A stretch of 60,166 nucleotides of DNA, the filler included, from Sphacelaria rigidula (taxonomy: Eukaryota): NCBI GenBank assembly GCA_964200075.2. It is 10 parts of 10 records of this genome, joined end to end, with 100 filler letters (N's around TTAATTAATTAA, not from the genome) between each part and the next. Parts side by side here need not be neighbours in the genome. Positions count along the whole stretch, not along the records: positions 18,083 to 24,009 come from CAXNAA020023431.1; positions 24,110 to 30,036 come from CAXNAA020023432.1; positions 30,137 to 36,062 come from CAXNAA020023433.1; positions 36,163 to 42,088 come from CAXNAA020023434.1; 6 more parts are not named here. One strand, 5' to 3'. Position numbers and translations under genes: made by a program. Below, one piece after another: positions 23,576 to 37,111 of this stretch. The notes beneath the pieces were generated by a model. The model did not search any database and was not told the DNA's origin. It was given only the letters and a program-made list of their open reading frames with translations. Every line of letters starts with the position of its first letter. Positions within the stretch are counted from its first letter, which is position 1.

Positions 23576-24664
23576 CCTCTCGTGCCATACACAAACACCC
23601 TGCGAATGTCTACTGTATGAACCGGCGTCGTGATGCCTCCTGCTGTCATTTTTCGAAGCAAATTTTGGCGGCAACTACAGCTCTCGTGGCGCCGGTACCT
23701 GCATCGCTCGCAATACCTCAAGATCTTCGTGGTGCAGGTGCTTGCCTCTAAAGGCAATCGAGTGTGGAAAGTGATGCCAGGGGGTACAATTGATAGGTAG
23801 ATGGGATTGACTGATCGATTATTGCATATTAACGGATCCCTGAGGAATGCAACGACGCTCACGAAATGGTCGTACCGAAGGTGAAACAAAACGGAACACT
23901 CGACGGTGTGACCTCGAAGGAGGCAAAGAAAAATACAGAAATAAACAGCCAATCATCTATGTTGAGGATGGTGCTTTTGACTGAGGATGAGAACCCGGAG
24001 GATTCAAATNNNNNNNNNNNNNNNNNNNNNNNNNNNNNNNNNNNNNNNNNNNNTTAATTAATTAANNNNNNNNNNNNNNNNNNNNNNNNNNNNNNNNNNN
24101 NNNNNNNNNCTATTATCACCCCCCCCCCCCCCCCCCCCCCCTCTCCCACTCGACACCCAAGAAAACCATTGGGTTCGTGCAGCATTGTAGGCTTGACGAC
24201 GAGGAAATCATTGCTTAGGCCGATCAGTTATGGTCTGTCGAACCTCGCCTCTTTTGTTTTGCTCCCCCAATCGGGGTGTCGTGGCCCGAAACTCGAAGTT
24301 GTTTCTTGATCTTTGAGCAGCGTACCGAGAAAAAAAATCATACTCGAACGAAGCATATCTGGAATTTCGCTCGAAATTGCATGCTCGTTCGAGCTACTCA
24401 TCTCTGCTCCTCCTGCTTCAATATCATGGAACACTACATAACCCCCCCCGCGCCCTCCTGCAAAAGTTTTTTGTGCGTTGTATAAAAGCAACGTAATAAG
24501 CACCTAAATGTTGGAGGTGTCTCTATCAGGAGTAGGAACGATGCTCCGTCTCGAAAGGGATACGTGGTCAATGGTCAAACGACTGAGGCAAGCACCACAT
24601 AAGTACCCCCCCCGCGCCCCCGCGCCCCCACCCCCGCCCCCCTCATCTTGGCATCCATAAACAG

Positions 24665-24808
24665 ATTCGCTTCAAGCCTGCGTACAACCCCTACACGGAG
24701 CCGTCGATGGAGATCTTCGGCTACCACCCAGACCTGAAGAAGTGGACGGAAATCGGAAACAGCGGTATGTTCCGCCCAGAGATGCTCCGACCGATGGGGC
24801 TTCCCAAG
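24665..24808 (+). CDS. FARSA: Cytosolic phenylalanyl-tRNA synthetase alpha subunit, penultimate exon
   Basis: [48 protein letters not shown], in a 144-nt acag…GTAAA exon that is absent from the ORF track. Confidence 0.97.
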
Positions 24809-25742
24809 GTAAATACTCACCTGTGTATCATACTCCTCACTGCCCGTAAAAAACAGTGCCGTTTAACCCCGTAGCGACTACGGCGCAAATAGCCGCGTGT
24901 GGACGTACAACAGGCAGTGGGTGTATAATTTCTGCTTTCATATTTTGGTTGAGACCGAACCAATCGCATGGCCACATTGCTCACCAACCGACCGACGTAG
25001 ATGCGGCGAATTGCGTGGTATGTTTCAAGCAAATCCATGTGTCAAGAGAAGCGCGTAAGTGTATGCAATGAGGCGTGGTGCGGATGCGATGTCTTCAAAC
25101 GGGGGTATTGAAGACGAGGTCAGCGATATGTTGCAGACCTGTCAAGAGTGGAGACCGTTTTTTTTGTTTTTCTCACTCGTGCTATAAATCCTCCATACCA
25201 TGGGCAATAGAATACACAAGTCAAGAAGTGTACTGCGTACAGTATCGAATATTGCGCCTATTGAAACGGGCACTAGATTATAGATTCCATACCGTACGCA
25301 GATACACTTTTTTACAATGGAATCTGTTGTCCAGGATGTTGACTCCTCGCCTTTTTCCGGACTAGTGCGCGGTCTCGAGGGATCAATCTATTTTATCTTC
25401 CCCGGTGGACACGCGCCTTGCATTTCGGTATTGCAGATTAGATGATGACCATAATCACCTCCGCACTGCGTCGACTGTCGTCGAGCAAACTCATGAACAC
25501 AGCCGCACAGACTCCCTTTTGCTACTGGCGCCCTCACTGTTTCAACGAAAATCGTTGCGTAAGAAAAAAAAAGGCGCTTTATTTGTTCATTGCCCGATCG
25601 ATATACATGTTTTATTGTTTTGTTTTTCCGGGTCATGAGCAACATTCTTTGTAGGTTGATATCCTCATCACATCCTTCGTCCTCCTCCGCATGGATGTTC
25701 CTTTTTCGGTGTTGGGTGCTGTTGTTGGGTTTTTGTCCGCAG

Positions 25743-25886
25743 GACGTGCGCGTGATTGCGTGGGGGTTGAGCCTGGAACGCCCGACGATGATCAAGTATA
25801 AGATCACCAACATTCGCGAACTCTTTGGCCACAAGGCCGATCTTAACCGTACGAAGACGGCGCCCATTTGCCGTTTCGACCTTTGA
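25743..25886 (+). CDS. FARSA: Phenylalanyl-tRNA synthetase alpha subunit, terminal exon
   Basis: [31 protein letters not shown]…CRFDL* contains class II motif 3. Phase-0 join to the previous exon. Confidence 0.97.
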   Translation, partial: DVRVIAWGLSLERPTMIKYKITNIRELFGHKADLNRTKTAPICRFDL

Positions 25887-28068
25887 TTCTTCTTTGCTCT
25901 GTGTGTGTGTGTCCGTTGTGCGCGTGTTGTGTGCTTGTGGATTTATGTCGGGAAGTATAGCATGTAGCACCTTCTTTTCTTTGTTCTTGTGTCGTGCTAG
26001 AGTAATGCTACGGTAGGGGTTGCACTTTTTGTTTCTGGGTCTCTTTTATGTAGAAGCACAAATATGTAGGGCTTACTGTGCATAACCCGAACCTCCGCGG
26101 GGACCGGACTCCCCGAAACATGGTGTTTGCACGCATGGGCCTTTTCGTGAATCGGCATCATTTTTACTCTCTTTCAAGTGAAAATGATCCCGATTATCGA
26201 AATGACCCGTCCAACACCCCGAGCAGCCCCGAGAAACCTTTTCACTGGAAAAAGTGCAACCCCTACAGTAGCATCACTCGCTACAAGTAGGCGTTTTTTT
26301 GCTTTGCTTTTTATTTTCCTGACTGGTAGTGGTGTTGCAGCAGGTGTTTCGTCAGGGTTTTGATTCGATTCGTCTTTTTTTTTCCTTGTTCGTTTCTTTT
26401 GTTCATGACGAGTTTCGGTTTTGGCCGGCCAGTCCTCCTCCTACGAATCTTGACGACGGATCTGCCCCCATGTACCTCTATTTTATAGTCGAGAGAAAAG
26501 TTCCCAAGTGATGAATATGTGCTAAACACGATCGAAATCTGAAACGCCTGCTGAGCTACACGACATTTCAACCCTTTGAGCACCGGGGAACGTCGCTCGG
26601 AATAAAACACGTGGAATGATATTCAGGGGTATCGTAGTACATCCTGTTCAAAATCGAAATTTCCTTGCTTGAACGCTTCATACCCGTTACAATAAACGTC
26701 TGGTTTCCAGAAAAACCATTCGTTATTTCAGGACTTCCCCTGGGGTCTAATCCCAACCCTGTGAGGTTGTCACAAATCCTACCTGAGGGGGAGGGTGCCA
26801 GCGCTTGCCGTCGCTGGACCAGACCCCGCTTGGGACCGTCAGGAGGGATATCCAAACTACAGCTGATGCGGGTTCTGAGTTTATGGAAACGGCTCGGATT
26901 TTGCAAGCGCGTTGCACTACAGTAGTATTGTTCGACAGCCTCGCCGCAAAACCGGTTCTCAACACATCCACGGCGGAAGTGGCCAAACAAGGCGTGACAG
27001 CTGGTTCAGACTGAATGAAGCGCCTCGCATGGACACTATTGGCGAAACAACCCCAAGCGTGCGACTAACCCTTACCCCGTTGTGAGTGTCTGCAGCTTTA
27101 TTGTGGGCCTCCATTTTACCCAACTGACGACTGTACTGTAGTGATGGTATCTCTCAGCAGACTGCTGAATGATGCTGCGTTTCGAAGATCGGTGGCGTCT
27201 GTCGCCGCATTGGATCGTTTCGCTGACGGCGGTCGTCGCCGGCGCAACAGTATGAAGTTTCCCTCAGATACTCAACAAGAGGCGCTCGAAAACTCGTTGA
27301 CTATTCCAAAGAAGTATGTTTTCAGCATGATTTGTTACGTGTTCCGTGGCGCTTAGACGCAGGTCCCGCTAAAAAAATGTCCCACAATCGAGGACGGTAG
27401 TTTTTCTGTTAGACTGCCCATCATCATGCGTGCCCTGCCGTACAGAAACTTCTGGGTTAGGGTTACATGGTCGAAACCGGTTGCGAATCCCGAGCCTTTT
27501 GGACAAAACAAATAAAATTTCGATGGTCCGTTGAGTCTCACCCAAACGGTGAACCTCAAAAACGAATCCAGGCTGTTACTTTTGCATCGATTTCGGGTGA
27601 AAAAAAGGGACTATTTTCAGCCCGAAACGGTACTACTTTCGCACACGCATACCCTTTCTTTTCAGAGGAAGCGGGAGACGAGAACCTCCCAAAAATAGAT
27701 TCACGGAGGTCCGGGGGCATGAGGTCGTCCATGTCAAAGTCATTCGTCATTACCTTAGGTCAGGGGAAGGAAGCACTGTCGGGGTTGAACCTCATTTGAA
27801 TGTTCAACCTCATTTTCGAGGAGACTCTCTTCGCTGTAGGCTCATCGTGAGTCCCTTCCTTTATTGTTACCGATTCGCAAAAAAAGCCTAGATATGTACG
27901 TTGTGGGTGTTGTTTTTTTGTAACTTTAGTCCAAGGCTGCCTCAGGGGGTGGTCTTGGTTGGGGATCGCCTCCCACCACGACCACCAAATAAAGCCAAGC
28001 CAGCCCACAGCAGCATGCAGGTGTTTCCAACAAGTGGGTATCTAGCATGCGTTTGAGGGGTAATAATG

Positions 28069-28366
28069 ACAACGTTTTCGTGACATGGAGAGTAGAGCGC
28101 CGATTGAGAGCGGCTTTGATCATTCACTCGAACTTGGGCAATTTTTCATCCCGTGTGTGCTCTTCTTTGCCTGTAACATTGGCGTATGCTTACAGCTACA
28201 CGTCGATATCCTACTCAGGAATGCCGAGGGCCTTGGTGGCAAGCTACTACAGAAAGCATATCGAGCCTCGTGGAGGGGCATTTCGGAACTGAAGCGATTC
28301 ATTCACCAGTTGACCGCTTTTCACTCTCAATCGTATCCTCTACTCTCAATCTCACGAAAGCGTTGT
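28069..28366. mobile_element. MITE (~300 bp)
   Basis: TIRs acaacgttttcgtgacatggagagtagag / ctctactctcaatctcacgaaagcgttgt. An inverted homologous copy lies at 41040-41293. Confidence 0.8.
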
Positions 28367-31042
28367 TTCATGTGCATTGTACACACGGCTTGATATGGGA
28401 GAGAAGGCAGAAGGAAGAAAATATCAAGATACACTGAAAAACAAAAACAAAATTCGGCCCTCCGGGGGGGAGGGGGGAGGGAGGGGGGGGGGCACGTAGT
28501 GTGCGGGAATTTTATTGTTTCGTGCACCCCTGCCCTTCAAGTTTCTTCTCGTTCATCGAGTGAATCGTCTTCTTCAGCGTGGATAATACAATTATTATTG
28601 TTGACACGCACCCCCATGCCCACGAATCGAAAACGCTTCCCGGAAAACACAGCCCTCACTGCAGCTACTGTCCTGGGGTGTAGCAACTTCACAGAGGGAA
28701 ATAAAGCCCAAACAGCAAGAAAATAAACTCGATGCGGATTTGTTCTACTCGCGTGCAGGAGGTCCTTGTAAAATCTCGGCTCGAAACCCCTGAAATTGGG
28801 CAGAGTATTCAGCCTTTCGTCTAACTGGTACAGGACACTTCCTACGGGGCGGAAGATCACGAGTTGGAATCCCGACGGATACTTTCCACCCCACAACTTG
28901 TCTTTTTTGTCGTTGAGGCAATATTTCAATATTTTATGCACCAGTAATCTTTTTTTTTCTGTATCGGCAGAGGGTGCATCAGCCGGTTGGCCTACATTTT
29001 ACGGTGATACACACATCACATCACGTTGATTCGGGAGACTGAAAAAGTTGAGGTTATCGTGTGCTGAAAGAACGCGGGTAACTCGACTGGCTCAGCTCGA
29101 ACTGTGATGGAAAAGTTGCACACGTCGGACAGATCAGTTTCTATGCGATTCAGCTCCTACAGGTGAAGTATGAAGACACTTGTGTACCTGATTCGAATGA
29201 TACAGTGCAACTAGTCATGGAAAGGTCCTCATGATCCGGGTGCCATCGATCACGAGGGTGGTATCTCGTACGGGTCATGAGGGTATACAGGTTGTTGTTG
29301 ACATTTAGAGTACACCTGATTTGGATTACATGGGTGTACCCAAAGAGGTAATGTCCGAATGCACAGAGTATACAAATCACGCACGGCGGGTTTGCACGGA
29401 TACACGGGTCATGGAGATGACCGCCAGACATATCTGTACAAATCACACGGATCGTACAGATCATCCATTACGCCACGTGTGCAGAGCAACCGGGTCCTAT
29501 AGGTTACCAATACATGGGAAATGTGTATAGATGAAACGGGTCATACGGATGCAGATCAATTTCGGATCTCAAAGGCCATAAAGCTGATCGTCGCAGTCTT
29601 GCGGGGGACACCCGTGCTTCATGAACGCCGGCGATACACACGTGGACTACTCTTCTCCGGAAGTTTTCGTCCGACGCTGTCAGAACAACATCATGATGAG
29701 TCAATTGAGCATATAACTGTATCTTGTTTCTGCCTCTTCCTGCCGCGTATGAGTGTTGACCATAAATGATGAAATACGAGAACAGTCGACCGTAGTGCCA
29801 CTGGCACAACTGGACATACATCTCGTTCCATGGAAAAAGTGGAGCGTCGGGCCTGGTAATGCGGTGGGAAACCACATGGAGATCCCTGTTCAAAGTCAAG
29901 TCAAATCAGGGTGCGTAACCGATGTCGAATGCTGTTCTTGTACTCCGGCTTGGCAGGTGAGGAATGGTCGACGTTATTCATTGTATACTCCACTTGGATG
30001 CTCCGACAACGAACAGCTTCATTAAGAAAAAAATACNNNNNNNNNNNNNNNNNNNNNNNNNNNNNNNNNNNNNNNNNNNNTTAATTAATTAANNNNNNNN
30101 NNNNNNNNNNNNNNNNNNNNNNNNNNNNNNNNNNNNAAATCAAATTTGTTTTTTTTTATAAAAACTTTGGACATAACATCAGCTTGATTTTTTTTTTTTT
30201 CCTTGATGGAAGGAGGAAACCCAACCCAACACTTACCTCGCTGGCGAACACATCAGCTTGATGTGACGGAGACAAGACAAAACACTCGGGCCGAGGAAAT
30301 GGCGCAAACACTAGCCAAATCTCGCAACGATCACTCGGACCTGTTTTTGTGGGGACAAAGCTGCACTTGTACGGACCCGGGGATTTCGGCCTATTTGCGG
30401 GCGATTTCCTCCCGCGGATTTAGTTTTCGAACCCCAGTCCGTCGGGCAAAGTTTCTCGGCTAGCTCTGAAAATCGCTGGTCGACTCTCCGATTCTTGATA
30501 CGTTGATTTTTGGAAGTGTCACCTTCTGCTCAAATCGAGTTACTCACGAATATGCGTGTACAAAAAATGGTTAGGCTCGCTTTGGTGAGAACTGGGTGGT
30601 ATTTTTTTGTCCACAACTCATTAAAGAAAAAAATAACGGGGTCGGTAATTGTATATATTTTCATTATTTCATCATTATGCCCTGACGATTCTTCATATCG
30701 CCCCTCGCCACAAAAAAAAAAAAATCGAAAAAACGCCGAACCCCTCCTCTACTGCTCTAAAAAACACATCGATCAAAGGCGACACAACGAATGTTTTCTA
30801 ATGGACATGAATGAATTTCTCCACCTTGTGAAGAGAAGTTTAGTTTGAAAAAATATAAATATGATCACGATCAACATGCGTACACGGTAAAATATCTTCG
30901 GAGGGACAGAACCAGACGGTCTAGCTGATTCTGGGCACAACCATGAAGGGTGCTGATTTTGCATAAGTGGGACTCACACGTTGTGAAGGAAGAAAATAGA
31001 GGAAAATAAACACAATATTCATTACAGGAAAAGAGTACTCAC

Positions 31043-31188
31043 CGATCCCGTTGTGTCTTTCCGTCTCGTAGACGAATCGATAGAACACGTTGCCGATGGT
31101 TTTGCGGATGTGTGACCGGTGGTTCATGAACTTTCCGTAGATACGGTGCAATATCGTCTTTAGATAGTCGCGTTCCCGTGGGTCCTCG
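31043..31188 (-). CDS. PP2A regulatory subunit B' (B56), internal exon
   Basis: (S)[48 protein letters not shown] is the B56 signature. GTGAG donor. Confidence 0.97.
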
Positions 31189-31329
31189 CTTTTCAGATCA
31201 TGAGGAAAAAAACAGGGAAAAGAGGGACGGACAAAAAATAAACCAAACATGCGACTTCAACCAAAACGTGGCATATATTCCATTTTATCGGACCACCCCC
31301 GCATTCACCCAAATCAAGCCGCGACACTC

Positions 31330-31401
31330 ATGATTGATTGATTGATTGGTTTTGATTGAGTGTTGCATTTCAACTGACACCCCAGGGGTCCAACCGTGGT
31401 C
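31330..31401 (-). mobile_element. 3' end of a non-LTR retroposon with (CAAT)n tail
   Basis: Reads gaccacgg(c/t)tg…gggg…(caat)n on the minus strand. The same end occurs at 56003-56085 (minus) and 57341-57404 (plus). Confidence 0.65.
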
Positions 31402-32317
31402 GCATGATAGACATGATGCCTAGGTATAATGACTTCGGTGGATGACTAATATCATCTGTAAAAACATGTGGCGAAAAAAGCAGACCAACCATTTTCCATC
31501 TTGGGAGTGGGGGCAGGAGCAGAGCTACTTTTTCCTTTTCCTCGTTACACGGAACCCCCCGCGATCAGACCCACGGTCAGCTGCGGCCTACACTCCAGCA
31601 ATATATATACAAGAACAAATCGGCGTGGCTCGATAACGTCACCGCATCAATCCCTACTTGAGCCCCAAGTACTATTTCCACCGTACGAAGCATCAACCCT
31701 TTCGTGAATATATATTTGAAACAGTAAAAAAATAAAAGGATATATGCCAAAAGAGGTACATGACCAAAGCTAAAACAAGCAGGGATCCCCGGGCTCCGAC
31801 GTGAAACATCTACTACCCGAATCACACTCCAGTCCCTCAAAATCAACGGAAGCAAACATCACTCCATGACGGTGCAAATATTAGTACCATACGAAATCGA
31901 CAGTCCTCGCCGTGTCCTCGCCAGAAACAAAACAGATCATTTAGTTACAAAGCAGCGGATTCTAGCATTCCATTTCAGATTCTCGACATGAACAAAAAAC
32001 ATCGCCGTCACAAAAGTCGTGCATCGGCCTTTACATTCTCTCAATGTGTACCGAAGAAGTGGAGACAACTTTCCTTTTTTCCAGTCCAGATACCCCACAT
32101 GGCTAGCAGATTGAGGTGCCACACGCAATGTCCTGCGCGGCACTGTACAGACGCGCACGAGCACACTGCAGTACACCACACATACTGGAATATGACACGC
32201 TCACTACAGCTTGATACGCACACACACCTGTCACTGCAAATCACACACAAACTGAAGTACTATACAACACACATACACTCGAGTACGACACGCTCACTAT
32301 AGCTTGACACAACGCAC

Positions 32318-32430
32318 CTGTCGAAGAGTTCTATGAGCTGATAGCAGAACTTGGGGTCGATGTACTTTTTCGCAACCTTCGCGTTGACTTCTGTAGACAC
32401 CACGAAACGAAGGAAGAACTCGTACACCAG
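32318..32430 (-). CDS. PP2A regulatory subunit B' (B56), upstream exon
   Basis: [37 protein letters not shown](S). A phase-2 join (AG|C) to exon 31043-31188 rebuilds [11 protein letters not shown]. Confidence 0.97.
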
Positions 32431-35400
32431 CTGCATCAACGATACGTGCCATTATACAAGGACAAAAAGAATGGAAGACGTGACAATCACGGAGCACAAC
32501 ACAAAACACGCACAACAGAGGAGGGGAGAGGAGAGCTGAACATAATACGACAAATAATACACCGGCGTCGCGGCTTCATTCTGAAACATGTTCTGGGACG
32601 ACTTTCTCTACTCAAGCGTTGACTCACTCAGTCGGAACGAGAAAGCTTTGAGGCGGCTCACTGTTGCGTTTTGCCAAAAATCAATTATGTTGAGGAAAAA
32701 AAAAAGAAGCGATTGTGATAACACAGGTTCCCTCCATAGAGACGAGAGGAAATCGCTTGTTTTGTTCTCAATGACGTACGCCTGTATATAACGCCCGAAA
32801 AAAAAACAAATAGATTGAAACAAACCCACCCATCGTTAGCACGGACAATTGGGTACTTCGTGGACAACGACACGGAGGGTAACTGTTGGAGCAACGGTGA
32901 AGGCGACTTACTACTTGGTCGATTGGCTCTTGTATTAATTTCGGAGCTATGGTGGACGTCAGTTCACCACTTGCTCGATTCCCTCTTGAAAAAAAACCTC
33001 GGAAAGGTATGGCCTCGGACTAACGCTGAGGCTAACCTGAGAAACCTTGGGTGAGGGGGTGGAAAGTGATGCCTAGGCGAAGTGGGTTGTTGGCAGACCT
33101 CAAATCGACGCCTACTGTGTAGATTCAGACGAAACCGCATTCTGCGCACACCAGGAGCACCTGGGACTGTCAGCCCCACTAAAGATCCAATATCAGCGCT
33201 CACAATCAAATCAAGTGCTGAATTTCCGTGGAAGTTCTTCTCGACCAAGTTGTGAAATCTGCTCCAGTTGTGTTGTTGAGCGCACCCACAAGCAATAACC
33301 GAATGGTTGAGATATCGCTCCTCCACATAAAGACCCGATTTTCGCAAAACTCCGTTTTCGAACCTTCCACCTTTGAAGTTCGCTCGATACGGCCGTGCGC
33401 GCGCGAGGCTAGTTTACCGGCGCTGGGCTACAACTGTCTATGGTTAACACAATTTTAGCCCCAACCCGACGCATACCGTGAACCCTTGGGCAAGGGCGGA
33501 ACATACATTCCCTAGGCAAAGTGCGGCCTTGATAAGACCCGAATCGGCGCCTGTGGCGCCGATCAGAACGGAAATACGTTCTACGCACGAGAGGAGCCCA
33601 CGGGACTGTCAGCCCTACTCAACACCCCATTCTCGTTGTACGCACTCACATCAAGTAATACCAACCATGAACATTTGAAGCCCAACGCCGGTGAACTCTA
33701 CTGGCGCGCGCCCGTTGCTGTAGTAATATTTGTATCTTGTAATGAAGCTAATTATGAAAATCACGATACATCAAGATATCATGATGATTATCGGCACGCC
33801 CGAACCGCGTGGACTCTTGTGACAAAAAAAAAGGAAAGCTCTTTTTGCTACTCCATTAAGTCCTCACGATTTCAAGGACAAGAATAGGATATTCCGTGTC
33901 AGAAAAAAAAAGAAGTAAACGCCTCTGCCGGGAATGGAACCCGCATTTTCCGACCTACCCCGAATTCAGTGATACCATCACACCACTGGGGTAACGCGGC
34001 AATATGTTGTATATATTTCCAAGGCTGCGGATCTTGTTCAGTATTGACCTATACCAGTAACTCCAACTTTAACCCCAACCCAAAGTATCCATGTCGATGA
34101 CCTTGGGGCAAGGGCGATTGCAGAGGGCACATAGGACACCCCAGGACAAGCATGCTCTGCCGGCGCTTTTCAGACTCCCCCCCTCCTTTTCTCCGCTTCA
34201 GGTTTGAGCATTGCGGCCAGAAAGTTTGAGGAGTGTGCAAGGTGGTCCATAATTTTCAGGTCATCCTTGACGTAGTTCGCTTTCTTCTCCCATCTCTTTT
34301 TTCAGCGTCGGTCGAGTCTATTCGACTGAATTTCCGGGGGGGGGGGGGGGGGGGGGGACGTATATACACATATATATATATATATGTAATTCCATCCGTA
34401 TTACCGGAACAAAGAAAAATCGAGGGAGAGATGTGCTCAAAATCGCAGATTCCTAGGTAACTTACAAACCTCGAGCAAAAAATCTTACTTATGGAGGGGA
34501 ATTCCAGAGGGCGTTGGAAACTAATACTTTGTTCCAGATGTTATCCCCCAAATATGTTTTCCCTGTATCTTCGGGATGCGACGAGTTAGGAGCGGAAACA
34601 GGTATAGCTGTTTTTGCATTGGCGCCAGCTTCACGTCAGCATAATCGAGAGATAATATTTTGGTCGTGATTTTTTCATTACACCGCCACCATCGACTACC
34701 GTCACCAGGCCGCCCTTGGTGTCCAGGCCTGCGCTGGAAAATGCCCACGTGTCTGTGAAACTGCCCATTGCCCCGAATACGAAGGACACAACATGACCGC
34801 AGTTTTGATAGGAACGATCTATCTGTGCTGACTGACGATCACAACGAACGATTTTACCTTGAAAACGTCGACCGGTCGATGGGGTTCCGGAAAATAGTAG
34901 TTCGAGAGGGTAAAGGTACCAGAATGGCCGATCAGAGCGCGCGGCGCTCTCCAGATTAGCTATACCGTCAGAGGGGACTTCCCTGTTGCCTCACTATTTG
35001 CTAATGCTCGTCATTTATGCACCGGAGATACTTTTTTTCTTCTCCACCCTTTCATCAGATAGTGGTAACCGTCCTTAATAAGGGCGGGCAAAAACCCGTG
35101 ATGCGCACGCTAGCGAGCAAGTAGGGGAGTCAGTCGAGCCGTTCTTCCACATTGGTCGTAAAACGTGGTCGACAAAGCGTTCCCGAAAATTCATGATTTT
35201 GAACCAGCGCTAACCGTCACCCTCACCACGACCAAGACATACGGAAACCCTCGAGCAAGGGGGTGGAAAGGTCGCTCTAGACACTGAGAGTGTTGGCAGA
35301 CCTCAAACCGGGGCCGTGAGTGCCGATTCGGACAAAAAAGTGTTTTGGGCAAATTGGGAGCACTTGGGGCTATCAGCTCCGGCCTTCTAAGAATCTGAAT

Positions 35401-35651
35401 ATCGGTTTTCACTTTCAAATCGAGATGTCAACCTTGCTCTACAACTAATGCGTACGCTCTACTGCGTCAGCCCCCGCGCACCCCTGCCTAAAGGACATGG
35501 ATATCATATGATGGTGTGTCCACTGGAAAACAATTAGTATTCTGAGCATGGAATTTGGCGAAAGCTTTCAGGTATATATACATATATATATATATTTGCG
35601 TATAAACAAAAGACTTTGACTCACTCGTAATGCGGGTGGACAACCAGAGCC

Positions 35652-35800
35652 TTGAAAGCAGTAGAGTGGCACAGCTGTGTTGAACAGGGAGCAGAAAGGT
35701 TTATGGCGGACTGGTGCCAAAAAGATGACGCAGAGGCAGCGATACGGCACGCGAAAGCTGCAGACCAAGATGCACCGACAGCACCAACAGCAACTCATCA
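35652..35800 (+). pseudogene. Possible C-terminal fragment of a LINE (RTE-like) ORF2
   Basis: WHSCVEQGAERFMADW…AAIRHAK resembles, from recall only, the distal end of brown-algal LINE ORF2 proteins. No RT core is present. Confidence 0.4.
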
Positions 35801-36726
35801 TGGCCTACGCCAGATACGTAAAGCATTGTCTTTGGTCCACATCTTTTGTTTCTGGTGGTTTCTTCTTCATTCTTGTCTATTTTTGTTTCGTCTGTGCTCC
35901 CCCGTCCCCCCCCCCCGCGTCGCCGCCGCTGGAACGAGCCTGGCTCTGTCTTTTTGTCTGTTGTATTCCTTTCTTCACGTTTTTTGCTTTCCTTTTTTTT
36001 TTTTTCCTATCACGAGCTGGGGTGTTACAACTAGCTTCGTAATTCGCGTTCATCATTTTTTTNNNNNNNNNNNNNNNNNNNNNNNNNNNNNNNNNNNNNN
36101 NNNNNNTTAATTAATTAANNNNNNNNNNNNNNNNNNNNNNNNNNNNNNNNNNNNNNNNNNNNACATAGATGATTGGCTGTTGTGAGCGTGTGCTTGGTCA
36201 TCACAATTGGATAGGCTGTGTTTGTATGCTTGGTCATCACATCGGATAGGGTAAGTAAGCCCGCGTACGAGAGAAAACGAATTCTGGGGTGACGGGGCGA
36301 AGTAATCCGTCCAAAAAAATTAGATATATCTGTTGTAATTAGTGAGTTTCGAAAAACATCTCCTTGTCATTTCAGAGTGCAAATCTCAGGATCAGAGTGC
36401 AACGAAATAATATTTCCCCTTCTTCAAATGTGGTGTCACCTTTAAAAAGAATGATGAGGTAACAGCCGATTTTATATTTTGGGGTTCAAACAAAATATGG
36501 GGCTGAAGTGGCATATAGGTATTGTTTGTTATTCTCCTCTCTGATCCCGAGATATTTGCACTCTGAAATTACAGAAGACGTTTTCCGAAACTCTATTTTT
36601 TTTATTCTTCCCACCGTCATGCGTCATGACATGATTTACGTCTGTTGGCATCGGGGTGATGGAGTAGGGTACGCCGAGAACTCACCCCAATAAGCAAGCA
36701 CATCGCAACCGACAAATCAATAAAAT

Positions 36727-37102
36727 GAGGTTGTTCACTAAAATGAGGTTAAAGCCCAAAACGGTGACTTCCCTCCACTTACAGCGACGGTGCCCGATAA
36801 CTTTTCCTTCGGCCTAATGCCCCTCGATCGCTGTGGATACTGTTCCAACGCTTTTTACCGACCGTAGTTCACAGCGCTGAGCGAAACCCTCATTTCATCC
36901 TGATTAGGGGGCAAGGGGGGTATCAAAGTAGATGAGAGTTTTACTCAGCACTGTAAGCTCACAGAGTCGGTAGAAGGCGTCCAAAAAGTATTTACGCGCT
37001 CGAGGAAATTACGCCGATATGTAAGTCATTGGGCACAGTCACCGTTATGTATGGGGATAAAGCCCTTCTTCGGGCGTGAACCTCATTTTCGTGAACAACC
37101 TC
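36727..37102. mobile_element. MITE with GAGG… termini
   Basis: 24-bp TIR gaggttgttcac(t/g)aaaatgaggtt with one mismatch. No clear TSD. Confidence 0.8.
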
Positions 37103-37111
37103 CTCTTTTTT

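Noticed and set aside
29600..29850. Gypsy integrase zinc-binding fragment (VVPVALRSTVL..HH on the minus strand)
   Set aside because: The GH.G and CxxC motifs cannot be recovered in any nearby frame.
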